A stretch of 64,000 bases of DNA, from the NCBI GenBank assembly GCA_036834125.1, contig DAITOK010000005.1:6331-70330 (forward strand). Reading direction: 5' to 3'. The first letter of the stretch is position 1. Every line of letters starts with the position of its first letter. This document shows positions 9,883 through 19,496 of this stretch, piece after piece. Source of the DNA: Chloroflexota bacterium. Lineage in GTDB: Bacteria > Chloroflexota > Dehalococcoidia > GIF9 > AB-539-J10. Below the pieces are notes generated by a model, which was given only the letters and a program-made list of their open reading frames with translations, had not been told where the DNA came from and ran no database searches. Position numbers and translations under genes: made by a program.

Positions 9883-11556
9883 CTAACTTATTCTGCCAAA
9901 TTCCTTCTCCAGTTGATGGGAGCTTAAATGTATCATGGTCGGTCGTCCATGTGGACATGTCCGTGGCTGCTTGGTTTGCTCCAGTTGCTTCAATAGCTCT
10001 CGCATCTCTTCGTGACTTAGCTGCTGCCCGGCTCTGATAGCACCGTGGCATACCAATGATTGGGCTATCTTTTCTTCCCAGGGATTAAGACTTTCCTTGC
10101 TGGATAGGCTATCAAGTAGCAGAGTTATTATCTCGATGACGTTGGTGTTAGCGATCAGCGCTGGCACAGCGCGTATCAGACAGCTTCTATTCCCAAAGAG
10201 TTCAATTTCGAAGCCGAATTCGGCCAGGCGTTCTTGGCTAGCTTTCAGGGTCTCTTCCTCTCTGGGGCTAAGCTCTATAGTCGCTGGCTGGAGCAAGCCC
10301 TGGACTTCTACTTTCTTTTGTGACCACTGCGTCAAGATGCGGTCATAAAGTATGCGCTCATGGGCGGCGTGCTGGTCAATGAGATATAGTCCATCGGGTC
10401 CCTCAGCGATAATGTAAGTATTGGCTAGCTGTCCTAACACCCGCAGAACTGGCAGTTCTAAGATTGGTAACTGGGAAACAGCGAAAATTGGCTCGTTGTC
10501 CTTGATCAGTCGCGGACTTTGCCATGAATCTGAGTTGAGTGAAAAAGCTACCGTTTTGGAGCTAGCTACAGGCGCGACAACCAATGCTTCCTCTAGGGCT
10601 TTTTGGACATTTCTGAATACAACTTGTTCGTGGCAAAACTTTATCTGAGCCTTGGCGGGATGAATGTTCACGTCAAGCTCCTGAGGCGGTAAGGAGATAT
10701 CAAGTACCGTGACAGGATATTGACCATTCGTGAGTAAGCCATGGTAGGCTTCTTCGGTGGCTCGAGTCAGTAGGGGGCTGTGCACCCACCTGCGGTTGAC
10801 AAAGAAGCTGAGATAACTGCGATTGGAGCGGGTCAACGAAGGAGGACTGGTCAAGCCGACGATTTCGACTAAGCTATCCTTTTGCTCGACCTTCAGCATC
10901 CTTTGTGCTACCTCGGAACCGTATATTTCGCCGACTACGTCGCGTAAGTTACCGTTGCCGAATGTGCGCAGGTTATGGCGTCTATCAAGAATTAGGCTGA
11001 ACTTAACCTCAGGAAAAGCCAGTGCGTATTGGCTTACGAGGTGGGCGATGTGGCTATTCTCAGTGCTTGCCGACTTGAGAAATTTGAGCCGTGCTGGGAG
11101 GTAGCGGAACAAACGTCGCACAGTTACAGTGGTGCCTGAAGGTCGCGCTTGACTCTCCTTGCGAACTATCTCACCCTTTCTCAAATGCAGGTAGCTGCCT
11201 ACAGTTTCTGATGGTGTTCGGGTTATGATTTCCACTTCGGCAACGGCAGCAATGCTGGGTAGGGCTTCACCACGGAAACCCAGGCTTGATATTTTCTCCA
11301 ACTCTTCCAAACTGGAAATCTTGCTTGTGGCATGTCTATGAAAAGCCAGCTCCACCTCTGAGGCCGGAATGCCGGCTCCGTTATCACTCACCCTGATCAG
11401 CTCCACTCCGCCGCCTTGAGTTTCTACAACAATTTCGGTAGCTTCAGCATCCAAGGAGTTCTCGATAAGTTCCTTGACCACTGAGGCTGGCCTTTCCACC
11501 ACCTCGCCAGCGGCGATCTTGGAAATTAACTCAGGCGTTAAGACCTTAATAGGCAT
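9883..11556 (-). CDS. mutL: DNA mismatch repair protein MutL
   Basis: 557-aa ORF with ATG start. N-terminal GHKL ATPase motifs (PIKVLTPELISKIAAGEVVERPASVVKELIENSLDA, DNGAGI) and a C-terminal dimerisation domain. Confidence 0.92.
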   Translation of the reverse strand: MPIKVLTPELISKIAAGEVVERPASVVKELIENSLDAEATEIVVETQGGGVELIRVSDNGAGIPASEVELAFHRHATSKISSLEELEKISSLGFRGEALPSIAAVAEVEIITRTPSETVGSYLHLRKGEIVRKESQARPSGTTVTVRRLFRYLPARLKFLKSASTENSHIAHLVSQYALAFPEVKFSLILDRRHNLRTFGNGNLRDVVGEIYGSEVAQRMLKVEQKDSLVEIVGLTSPPSLTRSNRSYLSFFVNRRWVHSPLLTRATEEAYHGLLTNGQYPVTVLDISLPPQELDVNIHPAKAQIKFCHEQVVFRNVQKALEEALVVAPVASSKTVAFSLNSDSWQSPRLIKDNEPIFAVSQLPILELPVLRVLGQLANTYIIAEGPDGLYLIDQHAAHERILYDRILTQWSQKKVEVQGLLQPATIELSPREEETLKASQERLAEFGFEIELFGNRSCLIRAVPALIANTNVIEIITLLLDSLSSKESLNPWEEKIAQSLVCHGAIRAGQQLSHEEMRELLKQLEQTKQPRTCPHGRPTMIHLSSHQLEKEFGRIS

Positions 11557-11597
11557 TTGAAATCAAGTTTACACGGTTTCGTGTATCCTGTCAACTG

Positions 11598-13814
11598 TCA
11601 AGCAGGCAAATCGAGGAAGCCCTCGATTTTTTCCAAAGGTGCTAAGCTCGCCAGGAGTTTCTTAACCCCTATCCCTTCGAAAACTACTGTCACCTCTTGG
11701 TCATCCTTCACGGGTGTGGCGCTAACTACTATGCCTTGGCCGAATTTGCTGTGGCGGACACGGTCACCGACTCGTAGCACCGGAATGCTCGAATGTGGAG
11801 AGAGGAGCTGGGCGTCGCGACCGAAATCTTGACCAGCTACAGAAATGAAGCTTTCTTCCCAGAGCCCTTTCATGCATATCAGGTGGGCTGGGATATCCTG
11901 TAGGAAACGGGATGGCGGATTGGCTACGCTACCACCAAACAAACTGCGGCGGTAACTGCGCAGAAGGTATAATCGCTTCTTAGCTCTGGTTATGCCCACG
12001 TAGCAAAGACGGCGCTCTTCTTCCATTTCCTCAGGATCATCGAAAGCCTTCCTGTGAGGTAGTAACCCTTCTTCCAGTCCAACGATGAACACAGCGGGGA
12101 ATTCCAATCCTTTAGCCTGATGTAACGTGATCAAGGTTACAGCATCAGCTTTTTCATCCAGTTCGTCTATGTCTGATATCAAGCTGACTTTCTCCAGGAA
12201 TGAGGCTAAAGCTTCTTCAGGTTTGAGCTCATCATATTCGCTGGCAACATTGCGTAGCTCCATAATGTTTTCCCGCCGCTCTTCCCCATCCTCTTTGCTG
12301 TGAAGATATTCTTTGTAGCCGGTGTGCTCTACTATCTCATCCAGTAGTTGTGACAGGCATACCTGGTGGCTCTGGCAGGCGAGTCTACGCATAAGGTCAT
12401 CAAAAGCAGCTAGAGCCTGAATTGTGCGTGTAGAAAAGGGTTGCTTCGTCCCTGCAGAATCGGTACCAATAGTCATGTTGCTGGTTATGTGTTTCAAAGC
12501 CTCGTAGAAGGAAACGCTGTGTTCTTTTGCCCAGGATTGAAGCATGTCGAGCGTTTTTTGTCCGATGCCTCGCCCCGGCACGTTTATGATACGGGTGAGG
12601 CTGACGTTATCTTGCGGGTTATGGAGGAGCCTCAGATAGGCGATGATATCTTTGATCTCTTGCCTCTGATAGAAACGGGTGCCACCAACGAGTTTGTAAG
12701 GTATGCCATACCTTAAGAAAGTTTCCTCCAAGGCTCGTGATTGGGAGTTGACTCGATACATGATGGCGCAATCTTTGAAAGACATTTGCTCCTGATTGAT
12801 GAGCTTCTCAATCTCGTTGACCACGCACTGGGCTTCTTCCTCAGGGTTGTAACATTCGATGACGGAGACTGGGACACCATCTTCGTTTTCTGTCCAGAGC
12901 TTTTTGGGCTTGCGCAGCACATTAACCGAAATGACATGTGAAGCTACCTGGAGGATCGTTTTGGTGGACCGATAGTTTTGCTCCAGCAAAATCACTTTGG
13001 CTTCAGGGTAATCCTTCTCGAAGCTCAGGATATTCCGCAAGTCGGCAAATCTCCAGGAATAAATAGACTGGTCAGGGTCGCCGACCACGCAGAGATTCCG
13101 GTATTTTCCGGCTAACTGTTTCATCAGTTCATACTGGGCGATGTTGGTATCCTGGAATTCATCAACCAGGATGTGAACATATCTTGACTGGTATCTATTC
13201 AGGATTCTAGGGTGCTCGTGAAGCAACTGCACCGCTTTCATCAAAAGGTCGTCGAAGTCTACCGCCTGGCTTTGGCTGAGCATCTGTTGATAGCGTTGAT
13301 AAACTCTGTGAACTATCTCTTCGAAGTAGCTGCTGACACGCTGGGCATACTCTTGATAGCTGATCAAGCGGCTCTTGGCGGCACTGATGGCTGAACGCAG
13401 AGCTTGAGGAGCGTACTGCTTCGGGTCCAAGTTGAGTTCCTCTAGAACCTGTTTCAATAACCTGAGCTGGTCATCTTCATCGTAGATGACAAATCTGGGG
13501 CTGAGTCCAATGGCTTGACCGTCACGGCGAAGAATCCGGGCGCAAATGGCGTGGAATGTGCCCAAGGTCAATGTCTCTGCGGTTTGTCCCAGAAGTTGCT
13601 CGAGTCTCTCTTTCATCTCCTGAGCAGCTTTATTGGTGAAGGTAACAGCCATGATGTTATAGGGCTTAATGCCACAGACCTTAATCAGATAGGCGACTCG
13701 ATGGGTGATGACTCTGGTCTTGCCGCTGCCGGGTCCAGCCATGATGAGCACAGGACCATTGATAGCTTCTACAGCTTGTCTCTGAGCGGGATTAAGCGCG
13801 GCTAAGATGTCCAT
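11598..13814 (-). CDS. pcrA: ATP-dependent DNA helicase PcrA/UvrD (SF1)
   Basis: 738-aa ORF. Walker A GPGSGKT, the conserved SF1 helicase motifs, and a C-terminal Tudor/KOW-like tail. Confidence 0.92.
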   Translation of the reverse strand: MDILAALNPAQRQAVEAINGPVLIMAGPGSGKTRVITHRVAYLIKVCGIKPYNIMAVTFTNKAAQEMKERLEQLLGQTAETLTLGTFHAICARILRRDGQAIGLSPRFVIYDEDDQLRLLKQVLEELNLDPKQYAPQALRSAISAAKSRLISYQEYAQRVSSYFEEIVHRVYQRYQQMLSQSQAVDFDDLLMKAVQLLHEHPRILNRYQSRYVHILVDEFQDTNIAQYELMKQLAGKYRNLCVVGDPDQSIYSWRFADLRNILSFEKDYPEAKVILLEQNYRSTKTILQVASHVISVNVLRKPKKLWTENEDGVPVSVIECYNPEEEAQCVVNEIEKLINQEQMSFKDCAIMYRVNSQSRALEETFLRYGIPYKLVGGTRFYQRQEIKDIIAYLRLLHNPQDNVSLTRIINVPGRGIGQKTLDMLQSWAKEHSVSFYEALKHITSNMTIGTDSAGTKQPFSTRTIQALAAFDDLMRRLACQSHQVCLSQLLDEIVEHTGYKEYLHSKEDGEERRENIMELRNVASEYDELKPEEALASFLEKVSLISDIDELDEKADAVTLITLHQAKGLEFPAVFIVGLEEGLLPHRKAFDDPEEMEEERRLCYVGITRAKKRLYLLRSYRRSLFGGSVANPPSRFLQDIPAHLICMKGLWEESFISVAGQDFGRDAQLLSPHSSIPVLRVGDRVRHSKFGQGIVVSATPVKDDQEVTVVFEGIGVKKLLASLAPLEKIEGFLDLPA

Positions 13815-14101
13815 GCGGACTAGAGATTATTATAGCACCGGGGTGAGAAAGCCCAAAGGCGACAGAAGCTTAGCGGACAACACAGATTCAATCGGGCATT
13901 GTACGGCATAGATAACTAATAAAGAGCTTTCCGGGCAAATAGCCCGTCTGGCTTAACCAGCTCGAACGATGCTTGTGCGAATTGGCGATTGTGAGAGCGT
14001 GGCTCCGGGGAATATAATGCAGTAGAAACGTTGTGTTTGCCCGATGTCAGCGAGGCGGTGTCTTTGAGGGGTTCCTATGGCAGCAATCGAAGGAGGTCAT
14101 G

Positions 14102-15607
14102 ATGAGTGGATTCAAAGAATATGACAGGTATGATGGTCTTGGGCTAGCTGAGCTAGTGCGGAAGAGAGAAGTGAAGCCAAGCGAGCTAGTTGAAGAGGCA
14201 ATCAGTCGCATCGAGAGACTCAATCCACAGATCAACGCGGTAATACATAAAATGTATGAACAGGCTCGCAAAGCTGCTGAAGGAGAGTTGATGGATGGTC
14301 CTTTTAAAGGTGTACCCTTCCTGATGAAGGACATCCTCATGGCTTATTCTGGAGTTCCCCTGACCAATGGCAGTCGGTTTTTCAAGGACTTCGTACCAGA
14401 TCATGATAGCGAATTAGTCAAGCGGTTCAAGTCGGCTGGCGTCATCGTTGTGGGTAAGACTAATACGCCAGAGTTCGGACTCGTACCGATAACCGAGCCG
14501 AAGTTGTTTGGTGCGACTAACAACCCCTGGGATTTAGGTCGCACTCCGGGTGGTTCCAGTGGTGGGTCAGCGGCAGCCGTTGCCGCGCGAATGGTGCCTA
14601 TGGCACACGCCAGTGACGGTGGCGGCTCCATCCGAATACCGGCTTCTTGTTGTGGTGTATTTGGCTTGAAGCCAACTCGGGGTCGCAATCCCATGGGTCC
14701 TGATTTTGGCGAGGCATGGCGTGGCTTGGTGTGTGACCACGTAGTGACCCGCTCGGTTCGCGATAGCGCAGCCATGCTCGACGTTACGGCTGGACCGGAT
14801 GTAGGGGCTCCTTACTATGCGCCACCACCAGCTCGACCTTTCCTGTCTGAGGTCGGTGCTGATCCAGGCAAACTGCGCATAGCCTTTACCACAAAGCCTT
14901 TTCTGGCCGATAAAGTTCACCCAGACTGTGTTAAGGCTGTGGAGGTGGCGGCTCAACTATGTGACGAGCTTGGACATGAGGTGGTAGAGGCAACGCCGCC
15001 GATAGACGGCAAGGCTTTTGCTAAGGCTTTTCTGACCATAGTGTTTGTGGAAACCAGGGCTACGATTGAAGAGGCTGAGACGAGATTGAACCGCAAAGCT
15101 TCATTCAAGTATTTCGAACCTAGCACGTGGGCGGTTGGTTTACTGGGTAAGCAGTGTCGAGCAACTGAATTTTCCAAAGCTCTTAACGCGGCACAGCTTG
15201 CCGGACGGCAAATTGGGGAATTTTTCAAGAGTTACAATGTGTTGCTGACCCCGACACTGGGCATGCCTCCCGTGGCGAGAGGCGAGCTGCAGCCAAAAGG
15301 GCTGCGAGCTATGGCGATGAGGTTGCTGGGTAGTCTTAATGCCGGGGGATTGATCAGTGCTCTCAGCGACATAGACTCTCTGGCTGAGCATGTGTTCGGA
15401 TTCATACCTTATACCCCGGTGTTTAATGTTACTGGTCAGCCAGCTATGTCAGTGCCTCTGTGTTGGAATGAAGAGGGTCTGCCTATCGGCGTGCAATTCG
15501 TTGCCCGCTATGGTGATGAAGCTACTCTATTCCGTTTGGCTGGACAACTTGAGAGAGCCAAACCTTGGTGCGACCGTATTCCTCCAGTTTGCACCAAGAA
15601 CGGCTAA
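14102..15607 (+). CDS. Amidase-signature family amidase (GatA-like)
   Basis: AS signature [12 protein letters not shown] and catalytic-region motifs. The track start 14033 is GTG; ATG at 14102 lies 5 nt after AGGAGG. Confidence 0.85.
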   Translation: MSGFKEYDRYDGLGLAELVRKREVKPSELVEEAISRIERLNPQINAVIHKMYEQARKAAEGELMDGPFKGVPFLMKDILMAYSGVPLTNGSRFFKDFVPDHDSELVKRFKSAGVIVVGKTNTPEFGLVPITEPKLFGATNNPWDLGRTPGGSSGGSAAAVAARMVPMAHASDGGGSIRIPASCCGVFGLKPTRGRNPMGPDFGEAWRGLVCDHVVTRSVRDSAAMLDVTAGPDVGAPYYAPPPARPFLSEVGADPGKLRIAFTTKPFLADKVHPDCVKAVEVAAQLCDELGHEVVEATPPIDGKAFAKAFLTIVFVETRATIEEAETRLNRKASFKYFEPSTWAVGLLGKQCRATEFSKALNAAQLAGRQIGEFFKSYNVLLTPTLGMPPVARGELQPKGLRAMAMRLLGSLNAGGLISALSDIDSLAEHVFGFIPYTPVFNVTGQPAMSVPLCWNEEGLPIGVQFVARYGDEATLFRLAGQLERAKPWCDRIPPVCTKNG

Positions 15608-15748
15608 ACAGAAAAGCTTTCCGAGAATACGAAAGCCCGAATATCAACTGTGCCGAGTAGTTAGAAAACCTTTTACTTGTTGTTCCTGCATCTGAAGATG
15701 GTCATAAGTTGAGATGGCTAAGCTTTGTTGCTATACTTGATTTCAGAG

Positions 15749-16447
15749 ATGGCTGATTGGGATACTTGTCAGAAGAAACTAGGAATATCTTTCCACAACC
15801 AATCTCTACTGGAACAAGCTTTTGTGCATTCATCGTATGTTAACGAAAATCCTAGTTTCGCACAACCTAGCAATGAGCGTCTGGAATTTCTGGGTGACGC
15901 CGTGCTTAACTTTGTCGTCGCTGAAAAATTGTATAAGGACTTTCCCAAATTATCTGAGGGAGAACTGACTGAGATTCGTGTCTCCCTCGTTTGCCGCAAT
16001 ACTTTAGCTGAGTTAGCTTCCTTGCTTAACCTCGGTGGCTGGCTTTTGCTGGGGCGAGGTGAGGAAGCGAACGGAGGCAGGGCGAATATGCGCAACTTAG
16101 CAAATGTCATGGAAGCGTTGATTGGTGCTCTATACTTAGACCAAGGGCTGGATAAGACTCGGAAGTTCGTCCTCAGACAACTCAAGCCGAAATTGGAAAA
16201 GATAAGAGCTGGGCAAACAATTCCTAATTATAAAGCCTTGGTGCAGGAATTCATCCAGGGGCAAAAGAAGTCAACGCCTGTTTATCGGCTAGTAGAAGTT
16301 ACTGGTCCTGACCACAACAAGCAATTTACCATCGAAATTTTGGTGGAAGGGGAGTCGCTGGGCAAAGGGACGGGAAAGAGCAAAAAAAATGCTGAAAACC
16401 AGGCTGCCAAAGCAGCTTGGGAAAAACTGAGGTGCAGCCATGGGTAG
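15749..16447 (+). CDS. rnc: Ribonuclease III
   Basis: RNase III signature ERLEFLGDAVL and a C-terminal dsRBD. The track start 15725 is TTG; the first ATG is at 15749 (MADWDTCQKK). Confidence 0.9.
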   Translation: MADWDTCQKKLGISFHNQSLLEQAFVHSSYVNENPSFAQPSNERLEFLGDAVLNFVVAEKLYKDFPKLSEGELTEIRVSLVCRNTLAELASLLNLGGWLLLGRGEEANGGRANMRNLANVMEALIGALYLDQGLDKTRKFVLRQLKPKLEKIRAGQTIPNYKALVQEFIQGQKKSTPVYRLVEVTGPDHNKQFTIEILVEGESLGKGTGKSKKNAENQAAKAAWEKLRCSHG

Positions 16448-16586
16448 ACGAGATTTTATACGGCGGGAGCCAAAGAAACCCAAGAAGGGGGCGCAGAAAA
16501 GCAAGCCCGTTTCAGAATTCGTGCCCCCGGTTGAAGTAGAGGTTGTCAAGAAGAAAAGAAAGCCCGCTGAGGAAGTCGAAGAATAA
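16440..16586 (+). CDS. Possible 48-aa lysine-rich basic ORF overlapping the rnc stop codon (MGRRDFIRREPKKPKKGAQKSKPVSEFVPPVEVEVVKKKRKPAEEVEE)
   Basis: ATG at 16440 overlaps the last rnc codons, giving a coupled arrangement. Low-complexity composition; no homology recognised. Confidence 0.25.
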   Translation: MGRRDFIRREPKKPKKGAQKSKPVSEFVPPVEVEVVKKKRKPAEEVEE

Positions 16587-16683
16587 AAACACTGGCAAAA
16601 GCTTGTAACTTTGAAAGACCCGATTTAGCTTAAAATCAAGTTTGCTCGGGTCACGAAAAGTGCTCAGGCTTCTGGATTGGTTT

Positions 16684-17625
16684 ATGTCATCAGCAGCTTA
16701 CCTGAAGCTTTACCATAGTGACAAGTTGAAGGAGCGGATAGAGATAGCTTTATCCTTGCTCGAAAGGTGCACTGTTTGCCCTCATAACTGTGGTGTCAAT
16801 CGTCTAGCTGGAGGGATTGGCAAGTGCCGTACATCTCGCCAAGCAATGGTATCCAGCTATGGACCACACTTCGGCGAAGAAACACCTTTGGTTGGCAGGC
16901 ATGGTTCAGGCACTATTTTTTTCACCCATTGCAATCTGAAATGCGTGTTCTGCCAGAATTACACCATTAGCCAGCTAGGCGAAGGGGAGAAGGTGAGTAA
17001 GGAAGAGCTGGCGTACATGATGATTTCTCTGCAAGCTCGTGGATGCCATAACATAAATTTGGTATCTCCAACCCACGTGGTTCCTCAAATTCTAGAGGCA
17101 CTAGAGCTAGCGGTGAAAGGTGGCTTGCATATCCCTCTGGTATACAACAGTGGTGGCTATGACTCTGTAGAGACTTTGAGGATACTCGACGGCATCGTTG
17201 ACATATACATGCCGGATATGAAGTACGATGATGAAGAGATTGCCAGGGAGCTATCGGGTATTGAAAACTATCCCAGGATAAACAAGGCGGCAGTTAAGGA
17301 AATGCATCGGCAAACAGGTGACTTAGAAATAGGCGAGGAAGGAGTAGCTCGACGAGGGGTTTTGGTGCGTCACTTGGTTTTACCAAATGGCTTGGCAGGA
17401 ACAAAAGGAATAGTTAATTTTTTGAGCAAGGAAATTTCTTCCAAGACCTATCTCAATATCATGGCTCAATACCACCCTTGCTATAAAGCTTTTCAAATTC
17501 CAAGTTTGGGGCGGCGGATATCGTCTGCTGAGTTCTATGAAGCCCTATCCTTAGCTCGGGCAGCGGGGCTCAGTCGGCTGGATAAAGTTCATCCTATAGA
17601 GCTTCTTCATATCTACTCAGAGTGA
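16684..17625 (+). CDS. Radical SAM protein, PflX-like (putative pyruvate formate-lyase-activating-type)
   Basis: N-terminal Cys cluster CTVCPHNCGVNRLAGGIGKC followed by the radical SAM CNLKCVFCQN (CxxxCxxC). The track start 16642 is TTG; ATG at 16684. Confidence 0.75.
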   Translation: MSSAAYLKLYHSDKLKERIEIALSLLERCTVCPHNCGVNRLAGGIGKCRTSRQAMVSSYGPHFGEETPLVGRHGSGTIFFTHCNLKCVFCQNYTISQLGEGEKVSKEELAYMMISLQARGCHNINLVSPTHVVPQILEALELAVKGGLHIPLVYNSGGYDSVETLRILDGIVDIYMPDMKYDDEEIARELSGIENYPRINKAAVKEMHRQTGDLEIGEEGVARRGVLVRHLVLPNGLAGTKGIVNFLSKEISSKTYLNIMAQYHPCYKAFQIPSLGRRISSAEFYEALSLARAAGLSRLDKVHPIELLHIYSE

Positions 17626-17640
17626 TTAAGTTCACCGAGA

Positions 17641-17952
17641 ATGACAGAGATGATACATAATAACGAAATAACCGACATGGCACATCTTTCTGCCATAGTT
17701 TATGGTCGTGTACAGGGTGTTAACTTTCGCTATTTTGTGGAAAACGTTGCCCGGAAGCTGGGTTTAAAGGGCTATGTTCGCAACCTTGCCAGTGGTGACG
17801 CTGTGGAAGTGCAAGCTGAAGGCAGTAAACTACAATTGGAGAAATTACTGGAACAACTTAGAATAGGTCCTCCCAGAGCTCGAGTGGAAAGAGTGGAAGT
17901 GCACTGGTCGGCTTATTCGGGGAAGTTCCACGATTTTAGCATAAGATACTAA
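17641..17952 (+). CDS. acyP: Acylphosphatase
   Basis: Signature VYGRVQGVNFRYFV and a GYVRNLASGDAVEV block. Possible alternative start at 17677 (MAHLSAIVYG...). Confidence 0.85.
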   Translation: MTEMIHNNEITDMAHLSAIVYGRVQGVNFRYFVENVARKLGLKGYVRNLASGDAVEVQAEGSKLQLEKLLEQLRIGPPRARVERVEVHWSAYSGKFHDFSIRY

Positions 17953-18064
17953 GAAAAAATTGGAAACACTAAATCCCAAATCCTAGGCAATCATCCTGAA
18001 ATTCTAACCTGGCGGCTTAAAAAGAATTTTGAATTTGCTGGGATTTGCTTAATCGGAAGCCGAC

Positions 18065-18805
18065 CTAGTCCTCGAGTTGGACCCTGCCCTCGTTGATCAG
18101 CTTTAGGTGCTCACCTTCAACGCCAGCTATTTGAGCAGCTTTAAAGTCAATTTCATACGGTTCGCCGATCAGTATTTTGCCGTAATCCTCTGTCCTGCCT
18201 TTCGTGGGGTTGTCTTTGTAGAAAAACTTCTGGCGGGCTTCAATAATCCCTAAATCGAAAGGCAAGGTGAAATACAGGTCGGCGAGGACCTTTTCAATGC
18301 CGAGCTCGTACAAGGCTGCCCAATTTGCGGCTCTGGCCTTTCTGTACTTGCTCACTGGCAGAAGGCTCAGGAGGTTTGCCACACTAAAGCGACCGGCGTG
18401 ACCGCAGACTTTGAAAGGGGTCACGCTGATCAAGAAGTCACTGCGTAGTACCACATTGGGTATCCAGAAGCTCTCCACTGCGTAAAATTCGGATAAAGGA
18501 TTCTGTACTTCTATAAAGATGGAATCCTTAATATCAAGCAAGAGGACATGATGAAACTCATATCCCAAAGCTTTGTAAATTGGGTAAATGGATTCCCCGG
18601 TAGGAGTGCTATCAGCAACTATGATGTCGGCATTACTGACTTTTCTAATGCCGTCAATAATAGTGCGCAGTAGGTCAGGACTAGTGGTTACCGGATATGG
18701 CAGAGGATAACCAGCACAAGGCTTGATGAGAACTCGTCTGGCCCAAGAAAGCTGCTTAGGCGGTATAAACACGAAGTTGGAATCTTTGACAATCATTGAC
18801 TTCAT
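18065..18805 (-). CDS. DUF362 domain protein
   Basis: The pattern VLIKPCAGYPLPYPVTTSPDLLRTIIDGIRKVSNADIIVADSTP matches the DUF362 N-terminal consensus. The track start 18892 is GTG and would overlap the upstream gene by 68 nt; the first ATG is at 18805. Confidence 0.55.
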   Translation of the reverse strand: MKSMIVKDSNFVFIPPKQLSWARRVLIKPCAGYPLPYPVTTSPDLLRTIIDGIRKVSNADIIVADSTPTGESIYPIYKALGYEFHHVLLLDIKDSIFIEVQNPLSEFYAVESFWIPNVVLRSDFLISVTPFKVCGHAGRFSVANLLSLLPVSKYRKARAANWAALYELGIEKVLADLYFTLPFDLGIIEARQKFFYKDNPTKGRTEDYGKILIGEPYEIDFKAAQIAGVEGEHLKLINEGRVQLED

Positions 18806-18824
18806 ACTAACAGTTGCATTTCCA

Positions 18825-19487
18825 TCACGGTTTAGTTCGAGATAGAGCCGGTTGCAATACCACGATTTCGGTGGCGTCCGGAAGTTTTTCACGTTCTAGC
18901 TCTATCTCGCTACCCGCTATTTTTCGGATATTTTTCTTGCCTTTAAGGAAATCCTCGACCCCGGCTATAGGATAATCGCAATCAGGTATCTTAAAATGCA
19001 TAGGGACGATTACTTTGGGCTTTAGTTGGTCGCATACTTGGCTGGCTGCAGATGCATCAATGGTGAAGAAGCCACCCACAGGCACAAGCAATATATCTAT
19101 AGCGCCAATTTCCTTGACTTGTCCGGAACTGAGCACATGCCCTAAGTCTCCTAGATGACACACTCTCATGCCATCCAGAGTGAAGCAAAAGATAGTGTTT
19201 GACCCTCTTTGTTGACCTTGGGAAGCATCGTGATAGGTGGCGACGCCCTGGAATGAGATGCCCTTAACACTCTTCGTGACGTTGCCCTTGACGACTTCAG
19301 GTTTCCCTTGTATGGCAGAGGCGTTATTGTGGTCAGAGTGATCATGGCTAACTAGCACCACGTCAGCCCCCTCCTTGATGGGAGCGTAGTTGATACCCCT
19401 TCCGACAGCATAGGGGTCAGTAATTACCTTTACCCCAGCCTTAGAAGTGATCAAGAAGCTAGCATGACCTAACCATTTTATTTTCAT
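18825..19487 (-). CDS. MBL-fold metal-dependent hydrolase (UPF0173 family)
   Basis: MKIKWLGHASFLITSKAGVKVITDPY...LVSHDHSDHNN, an HxHxDH metal-binding motif. Confidence 0.8.
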   Translation of the reverse strand: MKIKWLGHASFLITSKAGVKVITDPYAVGRGINYAPIKEGADVVLVSHDHSDHNNASAIQGKPEVVKGNVTKSVKGISFQGVATYHDASQGQQRGSNTIFCFTLDGMRVCHLGDLGHVLSSGQVKEIGAIDILLVPVGGFFTIDASAASQVCDQLKPKVIVPMHFKIPDCDYPIAGVEDFLKGKKNIRKIAGSEIELEREKLPDATEIVVLQPALSRTKP

Positions 19488-19496
19488 AGCAACCTC

